Source: an uncultured Fibrobacteraceae bacterium (lineage in GTDB: Bacteria; Krumholzibacteriota; Krumholzibacteriia; LZORAL124-64-63). Taken from it: 64,000 nt of DNA. The notes beneath the pieces are model-generated. The model did not search any database. It had not been told where the DNA came from and saw nothing but the letters and a program-made list of their open reading frames with translations. Of the stretch, positions 18,401 to 26,390 are shown in pieces. Made by a program: the position numbers and the translations under genes. Each line of letters begins with the position of its first letter. The stretch's first letter is position 1. Where the stretch lies: NCBI GenBank assembly GCA_964461255.1, contig CAYWTR010000004.1:46395-110394 (forward strand), written 5' to 3'.

Positions 18401-18502
18401 GCGCCGTTCGGCCATGTCCGTTTCCGCGATCAGAACACCTCCGACAAGGCGCCCGGCGATCGCGAAGGACGGGTGGTGCTGGAGGTGCCGATCAGGTTGT
18501 AG
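15413..18502 (+). CDS. Secreted S8 (subtilisin-like) serine peptidase, large multi-domain
   Basis: Signal peptide. Catalytic triad motifs: Asp (VVIAILDTGVD), His (HGSHCAGIAAG) and Ser (GTSMASPTTAGG). 1029 aa with C-terminal beta-rich extension. Confidence 0.8.
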   Translation: MAKLCIRAVLAVLAALAAPAAPAAPAAAPLGDWAYLPAADIGAAAFKRAHPTWDGRGVVIAILDTGVDAFAPGLERTTTGQTKLLEALDLTPQGDWETVEAEIDSTEAPATPAAPLYRHPDGHRLRGAERLAVPPRLRPVYITRICEAAFINSNGLHDLNDDGDTDDTFGVLVYQAERAEVEAALGGGRGYELLAGLSEQARRTVARERESARVWLVAVDRDGDGRLDDERPLRDYRVDHDLFRLTAPDAPEARTLMAWSVNVVEQPDRLGRPRAPKLSLHFDDGAHGSHCAGIAAGHRVGGQEGLDGVAPGAWLISLKLGDNTLSGGATRTESMKQAAERAAAFAEDYGVPVVVNMSYGVASVQEGDDAMGRFLDELLAKNPRLFFCTSAGNEGPGVSTVGLPATASSVIASGAYLSPAVGADLYNARLSGPTLFAFSSRGGDAPKPDVVAPGAALSTVPGWNDGTARFNGTSMASPTTAGGVACLLSAAQQEGLQVHWGMVKRALIAGGRELPGLLRCEQGGGLVDLERSWELLRQLARSRSARQVLDWRVETAAPHQDDGLAGAAYWRTPGGVPLAPEVVTFRVTPVFHPDLTPDERDGFFRSFTLRAEADWLAPLARQRYVRGKAPMEIDVQYRGAALARPGVHSARVIAALDGGDLSGAAAQEFALWNTIVVADPFGPEVGHSRVYEGRALAPSTVRRHLVAAPAGATAMRVRLEVSDRIGAGAGARVTSEIVDPDGFVRGGFPGYASVKGSPVIDQVVLPPDLKPGIWEICAISPIGAMDPSPYRLAVSFDGYEASPAVITTLPRGAPGKPAETELTVTRAFDGVFKGAIEARLAGFRRERPITIEEEDVWTHSFTLDRATPSVEFRLRMDKATANLLTDCAVNVVDDTGKRVRSGAFDGVEAEMAFALPAGLDKAGYKLEVVAGFALRQDMETWGFTLDERYLLAAPVAGAVERAAGKGGPAATHLHAGVPVRLKVSFADVWPVAPDGLAPFGHVRFRDQNTSDKAPGDREGRVVLEVPIRL

Positions 18503-19817
18503 ACGGCGGCGCGGCCGGCGGTCCGGCCGGCGGTGCTGCCGGCGCCGCCGGCCACGCTTTGCCCTCCGCCGCCGCGGCGAGGATGCCGGCCAGCCGCGCC
18601 ATGTGCGCTGGGCGCGCCCACAGCCGCTCGGCCTTCGCGCGGGCGAGGCGGCCGGCCGCCGGGTCGGCCGCCATCGCCGCCGCGCGGCGCAGGCCCGCGA
18701 GCAGGGCCTCCGGGTCGCGAGCGGGGAACAGCACGCCGTCGCGCCCGTCGTCGATCAGCTCGGGCAGCCCGCCGATCGCAGAGGCCGCCACCGGCCGCCC
18801 CGCCGCCAGCGATTCCAGCGCCGCCAGCGGGGCGTTCTCGTAGCACTCGGACGGGATCACCGTGAAATGCGCGCGGGCGACCGCCGCGCGCAGCGCCTCG
18901 CCGTCCAGCGCGCCGAGCAGCTCCGCGCGCCGCAGCCCCAGCGCGGCGGCGCGGCGGCGCAGCTCTCCGGCCAGCGGACCGTCGCCGGCGATCAGCAGGC
19001 GGGGTGGCGCCGTCTCGGCAGCCTCCCAGCGCGCCTGCGCCTCGAGCAGCGCGAGCAGCCCCTTCTCGGCCGACAGCCGCCCGAAATAGAGATAGGCAGG
19101 CTCCCCTGCGCCGGCGGGTTGCGGCCGCCACGCTTGCAGGTCGACGAAGTTCGGCAGATGCTCCAGCAGCGCCCGCGGCCAGCCCCAGGCGGCGTGCTTC
19201 TCGACGTAGAAGCGGCTGGGGCAGAGGAAGCGGGCCACGGCGCGCCGGTAGAGCCGCCTGTGGTGCTGGTGCGCCGTCTCGAGCGCGGCCAGCAGCGAGG
19301 CGGCGCGCGAATCCTTGACGCAGCGGCCCAGCACGGCCTGGTGGAAGCGCCCGCCACGGCACCGCTCGCACACCTGCCCCTGCCGCAGCATGTGGATGGC
19401 GGGACAGAGCAGCCGCAGGTCGTGCAGCGTCATGACCGCGGGCACGCGGTGGCGGCGCAGCACCGCCAGCACCGAAGGGCTGAGGTGATGGTAGAGATTG
19501 TGCAGATGCGCCACGTCGGGCCGCGCCCGCCGCAGCAGCGCGTCGAGCCGCCGCGCCGCTTCGCGGTTCCACAGCAGCGCCAGCGCGTCCGCCGGAGCCC
19601 GCGCGGACCAGCGCGGGCGGCTGTAGTCGCGCGCGGCGGGGAAATACTCGGACCACGGGGTGGGCGACGCGTCGGCGTCGGCGATGGCGAACGGCACCAC
19701 CCGCCATCCGGCCGCCTCCAGGTCGGCGGCCTCCTGCAGCACGTAGCGCCCCACCCCGCCGGCCGGGCCGCGGTCGTGGAAGAACTTGTTGACCAGCAAC
19801 AAGGTGCGCCCGGCCAT
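18492..19817 (-). CDS. Glycosyltransferase family 4
   Basis: GT4 C-terminal motifs (FGRLSAEKGLLALLEA...IPSECYENAPLAALESLAAGRPV). Start at MAGRTLLLVNKFF with an aaggag RBS. Convergent 11-nt overlap with the S8 gene. Confidence 0.75.
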   Translation of the reverse strand: MAGRTLLLVNKFFHDRGPAGGVGRYVLQEAADLEAAGWRVVPFAIADADASPTPWSEYFPAARDYSRPRWSARAPADALALLWNREAARRLDALLRRARPDVAHLHNLYHHLSPSVLAVLRRHRVPAVMTLHDLRLLCPAIHMLRQGQVCERCRGGRFHQAVLGRCVKDSRAASLLAALETAHQHHRRLYRRAVARFLCPSRFYVEKHAAWGWPRALLEHLPNFVDLQAWRPQPAGAGEPAYLYFGRLSAEKGLLALLEAQARWEAAETAPPRLLIAGDGPLAGELRRRAAALGLRRAELLGALDGEALRAAVARAHFTVIPSECYENAPLAALESLAAGRPVAASAIGGLPELIDDGRDGVLFPARDPEALLAGLRRAAAMAADPAAGRLARAKAERLWARPAHMARLAGILAAAAEGKAWPAAPAAPPAGPPAAPPSTT

Positions 19818-19963
19818 GACATCTCCTTTGACGACAAGGCTTTTGCATGATAGCGGGGCCCCGCGCGCCCGGCCACAGGATTCTGCTAATTCGCCTAACC
19901 CCTTGTGACGATAGATTAAGGCGCTCAATCGGCCTGGGGGTCGGCAACCCGGGAAGGGGCGGT

Positions 19964-22216
19964 GTGACCTCTCACTGGACCCGCTTCAGCTTCCGCATCA
20001 AGCACCAGCTCTACCTCAGGATCCTGCCTGTGGTGGCGGTCTCCGTGCTGGCGGTCGGGGCGTTCAGCGGACGGCTGCTGACCAGCCGCGCGGCGCGCAC
20101 CTACGTCGAGCAGGAGTCGCAGGCGCACGACGCCGCGCTGGAGAGCGCGCTGGCGAACCTGGGCGTGCGCGCGCTGGCGGCCGAGGTGCGCAAGAAAGGC
20201 GACCTGAGCCGGCAGATGGCCACGGCCGCGCCCGGCCAACGGGGGGCGCTGGCGGCGCGCTTCCTCGATTCGTTCGCGCAGACCGACGGCGTGCGGGGCG
20301 CCGCCTTCGTGGAGATGCCGGGCGCCCGCCTGCTGGCCCAGCTGGAAGAGGGCATGGACACGCCGGCGAATCACGCGGCGCTGGCGGCCTGGGCCGGGAG
20401 CGCGTGGAGCGGCTACGCGAGCGCCGACTGGGTCGATCGCCTGGCGCGCAGCGGCTGGGAGGGCGGGCCGCGGCTGTCGCCGGCGGATGACGCGCGCGCG
20501 CTGTGGATCTTCGACCCGCTGGCGCTGCGGGCCGCGGACGACACGACGCGGCTGGAGATGGTGCTGCCGGTCGCGCTGCACGAGGACGATCTGTGGCGGA
20601 CCCCGCGCGGCGCCGCGACGGCCCATCCCGCCGGCACGAGCATGCACGTCGTGCTGCTGCTCGACGTGAACGCGCTGTTGGCCGACTGGCTGCGCGAGCC
20701 GGGACGCCGTTTCGCGGCCGACGCGCGCGGCCGGCTGCTGGCCGCCAACATCGACACGCTGCCCGCCGGGCTGGCGATGACCGAGCCCGGCCGGCGCGTT
20801 TTCCCCGGCGTCGACGGTCCCGCGCTGGGGCGGTTCCTGGCGCAGCCGGCGGCGGCGGACGCGGCGCACGCCTCGCTGGGCTCGCGCCTGAACCCGCACG
20901 TCTTCGTGGCGGCCCGGCGGCCGGAGCTGCCGCTGGTCCTGGTCTCGAGCCTCGAGCTGTCCGAGGTCAACGGCGGTCTGGTGCTGTACGCCTCGATCAT
21001 CGCCCTGATGGTGGCGATCGCCCTGCTGGGATCCATTCTTGCCATCACGACGGTCGGCGAGAAGCTGTCGAACCGGCTGCGCGCCATGGCGCACAACATG
21101 GAGGAGGTCGCCAAGGGCGACTTCTCGCGCCGCATGGGGCTGGGCGCCGAGGACGAGGTGGGGCGGCTGATCAGCTATTTCAACCAGATGACCGCCGACC
21201 TGCAGGAAGCCAACCGCCAGCTCAGCGACAAGACGCAGAACCTGCGCCTGGCCCTGGACAAGATGAAACGCCTGGATCGGGCCAAGGACGACTTCCTGTC
21301 GCTGGTGTCGCACGAGGTGCGCACGCCGCTGACCGCGATCATCGGCGGCATCGACTTCCTGCGCGTGACCATGCCGCCGGCGGGATCCGCCGAGCGGCGG
21401 GTCATCGAGCAGTGCGGCATGCTCGACATCATCGAGATCGTCGAGAGCAGCGGGCGCCGCCTCAGCGAATTCATGAACGATGCCATCCTGATGGCGTCGC
21501 TGCAGTCGTCCGACATCCACGCGCAACTCAAGCCGGCGCCGTTGCGGGACATGTGCGAGATGGCGCTCAGCGCGCAGCAGGAGGCGGTGCGCGCCAAGCG
21601 CCTGGCCGTTAGCAACGAGCTGCCTGAAGACGCCGACTGGTGCGTCCTTTGCGACCGCGATCTGCTGGGCCTGGCGCTGTCGAAGCTGCTCTGCAACGCC
21701 GTGCAGCACAACGTTCCCGACGGCCGGGTGCGCGTGGCGCTGGTCGACGAGATCCCGGGCCTTGGCCCGGTGGCCGACGTCGTCGACGAACGCTCCCGGC
21801 GCGAGTTTCTGGACCAGCCCGCCCTGGACCGCTGGCGCGACGCCGGCGTCGCCTGGCGCGGCGTGCTGATCTACAACACCGGCCCGGTCATCCCGCTGGA
21901 CCGCCGCGAGGCCTTGTTCCAGAAGTTCGAGCTGGTCGGCCGCATCGAGCACCACCAGAAGGGTTCGGGGCTGAGCCTGCCGATTGTCCAGGCGATCCTG
22001 GAGAACCACGGCGGCAAGATCCACGTCGAGAGCAGCCGCGAGGCGGGCAACTGCTTCTATCTGATCATCCCGTCCGTGCCTGCGCCGCGGGCGCCGAAAG
22101 CGCTGGCGATGCCGGCGGAATGGTCGCCGCCGCAAGAGTGGGTGCGGATGGAGGAGGAGGAAACGGCGTCAGCCGCCCTGCTCGCCGGCGCCGGGCGGCC
22201 GGGCTCCGGGCAATAG
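19964..22216 (+). CDS. Sensor histidine kinase (TM sensor region, HAMP, HisKA, HATPase_c)
   Basis: HisKA H-box LSLVSHEVRTPLTAIIG and G-boxes (GSGLSLPIVQAILENHGG). HAMP-like linker after the TM segment. A GTG start with a gggaagggg RBS is preferred over the ATG at 19847. Confidence 0.75.
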   Translation: MTSHWTRFSFRIKHQLYLRILPVVAVSVLAVGAFSGRLLTSRAARTYVEQESQAHDAALESALANLGVRALAAEVRKKGDLSRQMATAAPGQRGALAARFLDSFAQTDGVRGAAFVEMPGARLLAQLEEGMDTPANHAALAAWAGSAWSGYASADWVDRLARSGWEGGPRLSPADDARALWIFDPLALRAADDTTRLEMVLPVALHEDDLWRTPRGAATAHPAGTSMHVVLLLDVNALLADWLREPGRRFAADARGRLLAANIDTLPAGLAMTEPGRRVFPGVDGPALGRFLAQPAAADAAHASLGSRLNPHVFVAARRPELPLVLVSSLELSEVNGGLVLYASIIALMVAIALLGSILAITTVGEKLSNRLRAMAHNMEEVAKGDFSRRMGLGAEDEVGRLISYFNQMTADLQEANRQLSDKTQNLRLALDKMKRLDRAKDDFLSLVSHEVRTPLTAIIGGIDFLRVTMPPAGSAERRVIEQCGMLDIIEIVESSGRRLSEFMNDAILMASLQSSDIHAQLKPAPLRDMCEMALSAQQEAVRAKRLAVSNELPEDADWCVLCDRDLLGLALSKLLCNAVQHNVPDGRVRVALVDEIPGLGPVADVVDERSRREFLDQPALDRWRDAGVAWRGVLIYNTGPVIPLDRREALFQKFELVGRIEHHQKGSGLSLPIVQAILENHGGKIHVESSREAGNCFYLIIPSVPAPRAPKALAMPAEWSPPQEWVRMEEEETASAALLAGAGRPGSGQ

Positions 22217-22957
22217 CAGGGGAAGCGTCTGGTCCGCGCTGCCGGCGATGAACAGGTGCGCGTCGCGGGTGACGCCGCCCGGCTGGAGATTGAACTCCAG
22301 CACCCGCGCCCCGGAGGCCCGCGCCAGCCCGGCCAGGCCCGCCGCCGGATACACCGCCCCCGCCGTCCCGATCACCAGGAAGAGGTCGCACCCGCGCGCC
22401 GCCGCCGACGCCGCCTCGAGCACGCCGGGGTCGATGCCCTCGCCGAACCACACCACGGCCGGCCGCAGCAGACCACCGCAATCCGGACACCGCGGCGGCA
22501 GCGGCGGCGGCAACGGCGCGCGCCGCTCCTCCCGCTCCCGCCCGCAGCCGAGGCAGCGCACGCGCCACAACGAACCGTGGAACTCGATCACCTCGCGGCT
22601 GCCCGCCCGCGCGTGCAGGCCGTCGACGTTCTGGGTCACCACCGTCATCCGCCCGACCAGCTCCTGCAGCGCCGCCAGGGCCAGGTGCGCCGCGTTCGGG
22701 GCGGCCGCCGCCACCAGCTCCCGCCGCCAGTCGTACCAGCGCCACACCAGCTCCGGGTCGGCGTGGAACGCCTCGGGCGTCGCCAGCTCCTCCGGCCGGT
22801 AGTTGTTCCACAGGCTGTCCGCCGCGCCGCGGAAGGTCGGAATGCCGCTGGCCGCCGAGATGCCCGCCCCCGTCAGCGCCGCCACCGTGCTGGCCGTGCC
22901 CAGCCCCGCGCGCACGCGCGCCAGCTCCGCCAGCGTTTCCTCGTCGAGTCGATGCAT
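22169..22957 (-). CDS. cobB: NAD-dependent protein deacylase, Sir2/sirtuin family
   Basis: GAGISAASGIPTFRG Rossmann motif, VVTQNVDGLH, and Zn-ribbon CxxC...CxxC (CLGCGRE...CPDCGG). Its 3' end overlaps the HK gene convergently by 48 nt. Confidence 0.8.
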   Translation of the reverse strand: MHRLDEETLAELARVRAGLGTASTVAALTGAGISAASGIPTFRGAADSLWNNYRPEELATPEAFHADPELVWRWYDWRRELVAAAAPNAAHLALAALQELVGRMTVVTQNVDGLHARAGSREVIEFHGSLWRVRCLGCGREREERRAPLPPPLPPRCPDCGGLLRPAVVWFGEGIDPGVLEAASAAARGCDLFLVIGTAGAVYPAAGLAGLARASGARVLEFNLQPGGVTRDAHLFIAGSADQTLPLLLPGARPPGAGEQGG

Positions 22958-23052
22958 CGCCGCCCTCCTGCGCTGGACGTCTCCGCCCCATCGAGCCCGC
23001 CGATCGCGTGTGCGATGCCAGCCCGCCGTTGCGCCGCGACGTTCCCTGCCTG

Positions 23053-24096
23053 ATGATGGCTGGCATGCACGCCTGGGTCAACATGTGCCGGCGGCGGCGC
23101 AGGCTGCGGCCGGCGATCGCCGGGGCGCGCGCGTTGGCGCTGGCCGCGGCGATCACGGCGGCGGTGTCCATGGCCGCGGCGCCCGCGCCGGCGGCGTCCG
23201 CGCCGGCGGCGCCCGCGCCGGCGGCAACCGCTTCCGGGTCTGCCGATGCGCCCATCGCCCCGGGGCCGCCCGAGGTCCATTTCCGCCTCGAGGCCGGCGG
23301 GCCGGGCCGCGCCGCCGCCGAGCGCTGCCGCGCCGCGCTGCTGGCCCGGGGCGCCCACGTGGCGGCGGCGACGCTGCCGCTCGCCGCCGCTCCCGCGCCC
23401 ATCGTCTGCCTGCTGCTCGACAGCGCCGGCTTCCAGGCGCGCTTCGGCGCCGCCATCCCGGATTGGGGGGTCGGCGTCGCGCTGCCGGGGGGGCGTCTGA
23501 TCGCCCTGGACGTCGAGCGCCAGAGCGGCGTGCCGCGGCCGCTCGAGGAGGTCTTCCTGCACGAGCTGGCGCACGCGCTGCTGGAGCAGGGGCTGCGCGG
23601 CGCCAGCGCTCCGGCGTGGTTCCACGAAGGCGTGGCGCAGATATCGGCGGGGCAGTGGAGGCTGCGCGACACCATGGCGCTGGTGCTCACCGGCACCGTG
23701 CCGCCGCTGTGGCGGCTGGAAGGACGGTTCCCCGCCAACGCCGACTGGGCGGCGCAGGCCTATCGCACCAGCCTGCTCGCGGTCGAGACGCTGCGCCGGC
23801 GCCATGGCGGCGACGTCGTGCCGCGCATCGTCGAGGCGGTGGCCGCGACCGGCGATTTCGAGGCGGGCTTCGCCGCCGCCACGGGGGAGTCGGTCGACGA
23901 TTTCGCCCAGGCCTTCGCCGACGGCATCCACAGCCGGCTGGGCTGGTTGTTCATGCTCACGAACTGGCCCGTGCTTTTCGCCCTGCTCGCCATGCTCTTT
24001 CTGGCCGGGGCGGCGGCGCGCTTCGTGCGCAACCGGCGCCGTCTCGCGCGTTGGACCGAGGAGGAAGAAGAAGACGGCGGTGGCGGCCGCGGGTGA
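23053..24096 (+). CDS. Membrane-anchored zinc metallopeptidase (HExxH...E gluzincin, peptidase-MA-like)
   Basis: FLHELAHALL...WFHEGVAQ motif. N-terminal signal/anchor and a C-terminal TM helix followed by an RRR/EEEE tail. Confidence 0.5.
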   Translation: MMAGMHAWVNMCRRRRRLRPAIAGARALALAAAITAAVSMAAAPAPAASAPAAPAPAATASGSADAPIAPGPPEVHFRLEAGGPGRAAAERCRAALLARGAHVAAATLPLAAAPAPIVCLLLDSAGFQARFGAAIPDWGVGVALPGGRLIALDVERQSGVPRPLEEVFLHELAHALLEQGLRGASAPAWFHEGVAQISAGQWRLRDTMALVLTGTVPPLWRLEGRFPANADWAAQAYRTSLLAVETLRRRHGGDVVPRIVEAVAATGDFEAGFAAATGESVDDFAQAFADGIHSRLGWLFMLTNWPVLFALLAMLFLAGAAARFVRNRRRLARWTEEEEEDGGGGRG

Positions 24097-24130
24097 GGCC
24101 GCGCCCGCTCAGCGCCCGCTCAGCGCGCGC

Positions 24131-25018
24131 TCAGCGCCCGCGCCCGGCCAGCCGACGCAGCCGCGCCAGATCCTCCGCCCAGGCCGGATCGCCGCCGGGC
24201 ACCTCCAGGATTCCCAGAGCCTGCGCCAGCCGGCGGTCGCGCAGGATGTGCCGGAAGGGCGCATCGCCCAGCTCGCCCTGGCCGATGCGCTCGTGGCGGT
24301 CGACCCGGCTGCCCTGCCCCTTCTTGGAATCGTTCAGGTGCAGGACGCGGATGCGGTCGAGCCCGACCGTCGCATCGAAGGCCGCCGCGGTGGCGCGCCA
24401 CTGGGCGGAGGTCGCCAGCGCGTAGCCGGCGGCGAAGGCGTGGCAGGTGTCGAAGCAGGCGGCCAGGCGATCAGGGTGGCGAGAGGCGGCGATGATGTCG
24501 CGCAGATGCTCGAAGCGGTAGCCGAGGCTGGTGCCCTGCCCGGCCGTGATCTCGAGGCAGAGGGTCACGCCGGCCGCGCCCGCGGCGGCGGCCTCCTCCA
24601 GGCAGCGGTCCAGGTGGCGGGCCACGGCCGCCAGGCCGGCCGTCTCGCCCGCGCCCAGATGGCTGCCGGGGTGCAGCACCAGATATGGGATGCCCAGGCG
24701 GGCGCAGCGCTCGATCTCGTCGCGGAACGCGGCGAGCGAGCGCCGCAGCACCACCGCGTCGGTCGCCGCCAGGTTGATCAGGTAGGAGTCGTGGCTGCAG
24801 ACATGGCCGGCGTCGAGGCCGTGCTCGGCCAGCGCGGCCTGCCAGCGCGCCGCCGTCTCGTCATCCAGCGGCTTGCTCTGCCACTGGTTCTGGTTCTTGG
24901 TGAAGATCTGGAAGGCGCGTGCCGGCAGCGCCGCGGCCCGGCCCGGGGCCATGAACACCCCGCCGGCCGTCGAGACGTGGGCGCCGAGCAGGTCGCGCGG
25001 CGGCCGCGGCGCGGTCAC
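24131..25018 (-). CDS. nfo: Endonuclease IV (AP endonuclease family 2)
   Basis: LGAHVSTAGG, FQIFTKNQ, VLHPGS, CFDTCHAFAAGY and HLNDSK motifs are diagnostic of Nfo. Confidence 0.8.
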   Translation of the reverse strand: MTAPRPPRDLLGAHVSTAGGVFMAPGRAAALPARAFQIFTKNQNQWQSKPLDDETAARWQAALAEHGLDAGHVCSHDSYLINLAATDAVVLRRSLAAFRDEIERCARLGIPYLVLHPGSHLGAGETAGLAAVARHLDRCLEEAAAAGAAGVTLCLEITAGQGTSLGYRFEHLRDIIAASRHPDRLAACFDTCHAFAAGYALATSAQWRATAAAFDATVGLDRIRVLHLNDSKKGQGSRVDRHERIGQGELGDAPFRHILRDRRLAQALGILEVPGGDPAWAEDLARLRRLAGRGR

Positions 25019-25431
25019 GGCGCAGCGGGCGCGGGCGGGCGCGCCGGCGCCCCGGCCTCCGGCGATCCGCTCGCCAGCTCCCCGTGCGCGGCGGTGCAGA
25101 CGACCTTGACCGGCCGGCCGTCCACGTAGGTGACCAGGTAGTCGGGACCGGCGCCGCTGCCGAGCGGGCAGCGGCCGAGCCGGCGCGAGACGATGCCGGC
25201 CTGCTGCAGAGCGTCGACGCCGATGCTCTGCTGGCCCGGGCCGGCGCTGAAGAAGGCGGCTTCGCGCAGGATGGTCCGCATGTTCGAGGCGCAGATCACG
25301 GCGGCCGAGGCGTCGGCCGACGCGTGCAGATTGGCCCGCCCGATCAGGTAGAACCCGAAAACCAGAACGATGATCAAGATGGCTTCGCGCCAGCGGCGGC
25401 GGGCGCCGCGCGGCGCCTTGCGCGATTGCAT
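25015..25431 (-). CDS. Small single-pass membrane protein, hypothetical
   Basis: Basic N-terminus followed by a TM helix (ILIIVLVFGFYLIGRA). Stop overlaps the nfo start. The longer annotated ORF upstream is GC-rich junk. Confidence 0.4.
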   Translation of the reverse strand: MQSRKAPRGARRRWREAILIIVLVFGFYLIGRANLHASADASAAVICASNMRTILREAAFFSAGPGQQSIGVDALQQAGIVSRRLGRCPLGSGAGPDYLVTYVDGRPVKVVCTAAHGELASGSPEAGAPARPPAPAAP

Positions 25432-25546
25432 CCTGCAGCGCCTCCTGTCAGCGATGATCGACCCGCGGCCCGCAGGCGTCAACCATGAGGAGCGATGCGG
25501 CGCGGCCGGCCGCGGCGGCACCCCGCCGGGGGCTGCATTCCCCTCC

Positions 25547-25562
25547 TGGCACCCTAGTTGCA
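25547..25562 (+). promoter_or_regulatory. Sigma-54 (-24/-12) promoter, exact consensus TGGCAC-N5-TTGCA
   Basis: tggcaccctagttgca lies 27 nt upstream of the ATG of the 25589 gene, with spacing identical to the RpoN consensus. Confidence 0.5.
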
Positions 25563-25588
25563 GCCGCCCCGCGCGGGAGGTGCCATCC

Positions 25589-26203
25589 ATGCGTTCGACA
25601 GCCGCCGTGCTCTCCTTGATCGCGATCGTGTTGCCGCTCGGGGCCCTGGCCCAGCCGGTGCAGGTCACCTTCCACTGGAGCCCGCCCCGGACGGGGGCCG
25701 AGGTCGACCACTACAACATCTACCAGATCCTCGACGGCGGGCTGCCGTCGCTGGTGGCCACCAACCCGGACACGATCCACACCCTGATGGTGCAGCGTGG
25801 AGTGGCGACGCAGCTGGCGGTCAGCGGCGTCTCGCGCCTGGGGCAGGAGGGCCTGCTGAGCGAGCTTTCCGACGTGGTCTTCTTCGACCTGCAACAGAGC
25901 GGCGGCCAGTTGCCCGTCGCGCCGCTGCTGCGCCCCAACTACCCGAATCCCTTCAATCCCGAGACGACCATCGTCTACGGCATACCCAGCTCCGCCGCCG
26001 GCGAGGCGCGGGTGGCGCTGGACATCTTCGACATGCGCGGCCACCGCGTGCGGCGCCTGCCAGCGGCCAACACGGCCGGCTGGCATCAGGTCCGCTGGGA
26101 CGGCACCGACGAAACGGGCACGGCCCGCTCGTCCGGGCAGTACCTGGTGCGCCTCAGCTGCGGCGACGACGTCAGCACCTGGAAAATGACGATGGTCAAG
26201 TAA
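25589..26203 (+). CDS. Secreted protein with N-terminal beta-sandwich (FN3-like) domain and C-terminal T9SS-type (Por/FlgD-Ig-like) sorting domain
   Basis: Signal peptide. The C-terminus (NYPNPFNPETTIVYGIP...GQYLVRLSCGD) matches the T9SS CTD signature. RBS gggagg. Confidence 0.6.
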   Translation: MRSTAAVLSLIAIVLPLGALAQPVQVTFHWSPPRTGAEVDHYNIYQILDGGLPSLVATNPDTIHTLMVQRGVATQLAVSGVSRLGQEGLLSELSDVVFFDLQQSGGQLPVAPLLRPNYPNPFNPETTIVYGIPSSAAGEARVALDIFDMRGHRVRRLPAANTAGWHQVRWDGTDETGTARSSGQYLVRLSCGDDVSTWKMTMVK

Positions 26204-26256
26204 GCGCCTCCGCGCATCGCCCGCCCGCCCGTCCGCCCGCCCGGGAGCCGGCAAAG

Positions 26257-26284
26257 CCGGCAAAGCGGGCTTTTCATTTGCCGG
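26257..26284 (+). terminator. Candidate stem-loop terminator (8-bp stem CCGGCAAA/TTTGCCGG) downstream of the 25589 gene
   Basis: Inverted repeat with a U-rich loop region (gcgggcttttca). No trailing T-tract, so the call is weak. Confidence 0.3.
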
Positions 26285-26390
26285 ACGCTTGATTATCATT
26301 GACGTCGTCCCCGGACCGCCAGCCATCGCCTCCGTGCCCGCTCCCGCGGGACGGGGCGGCTTTTTGTGCATCTTCGCCGAGGTGTTGACG

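Noticed and set aside
19815-19835. Near-identical start contexts of the two minus-strand genes at 15318 and 19817 (aaagga-N-atgtcATG / aaggag-atgtcATG)
   Set aside because: It looks like a simple strong Shine-Dalgarno plus start context rather than a shared regulatory element. No extended similarity beyond ~15 nt.
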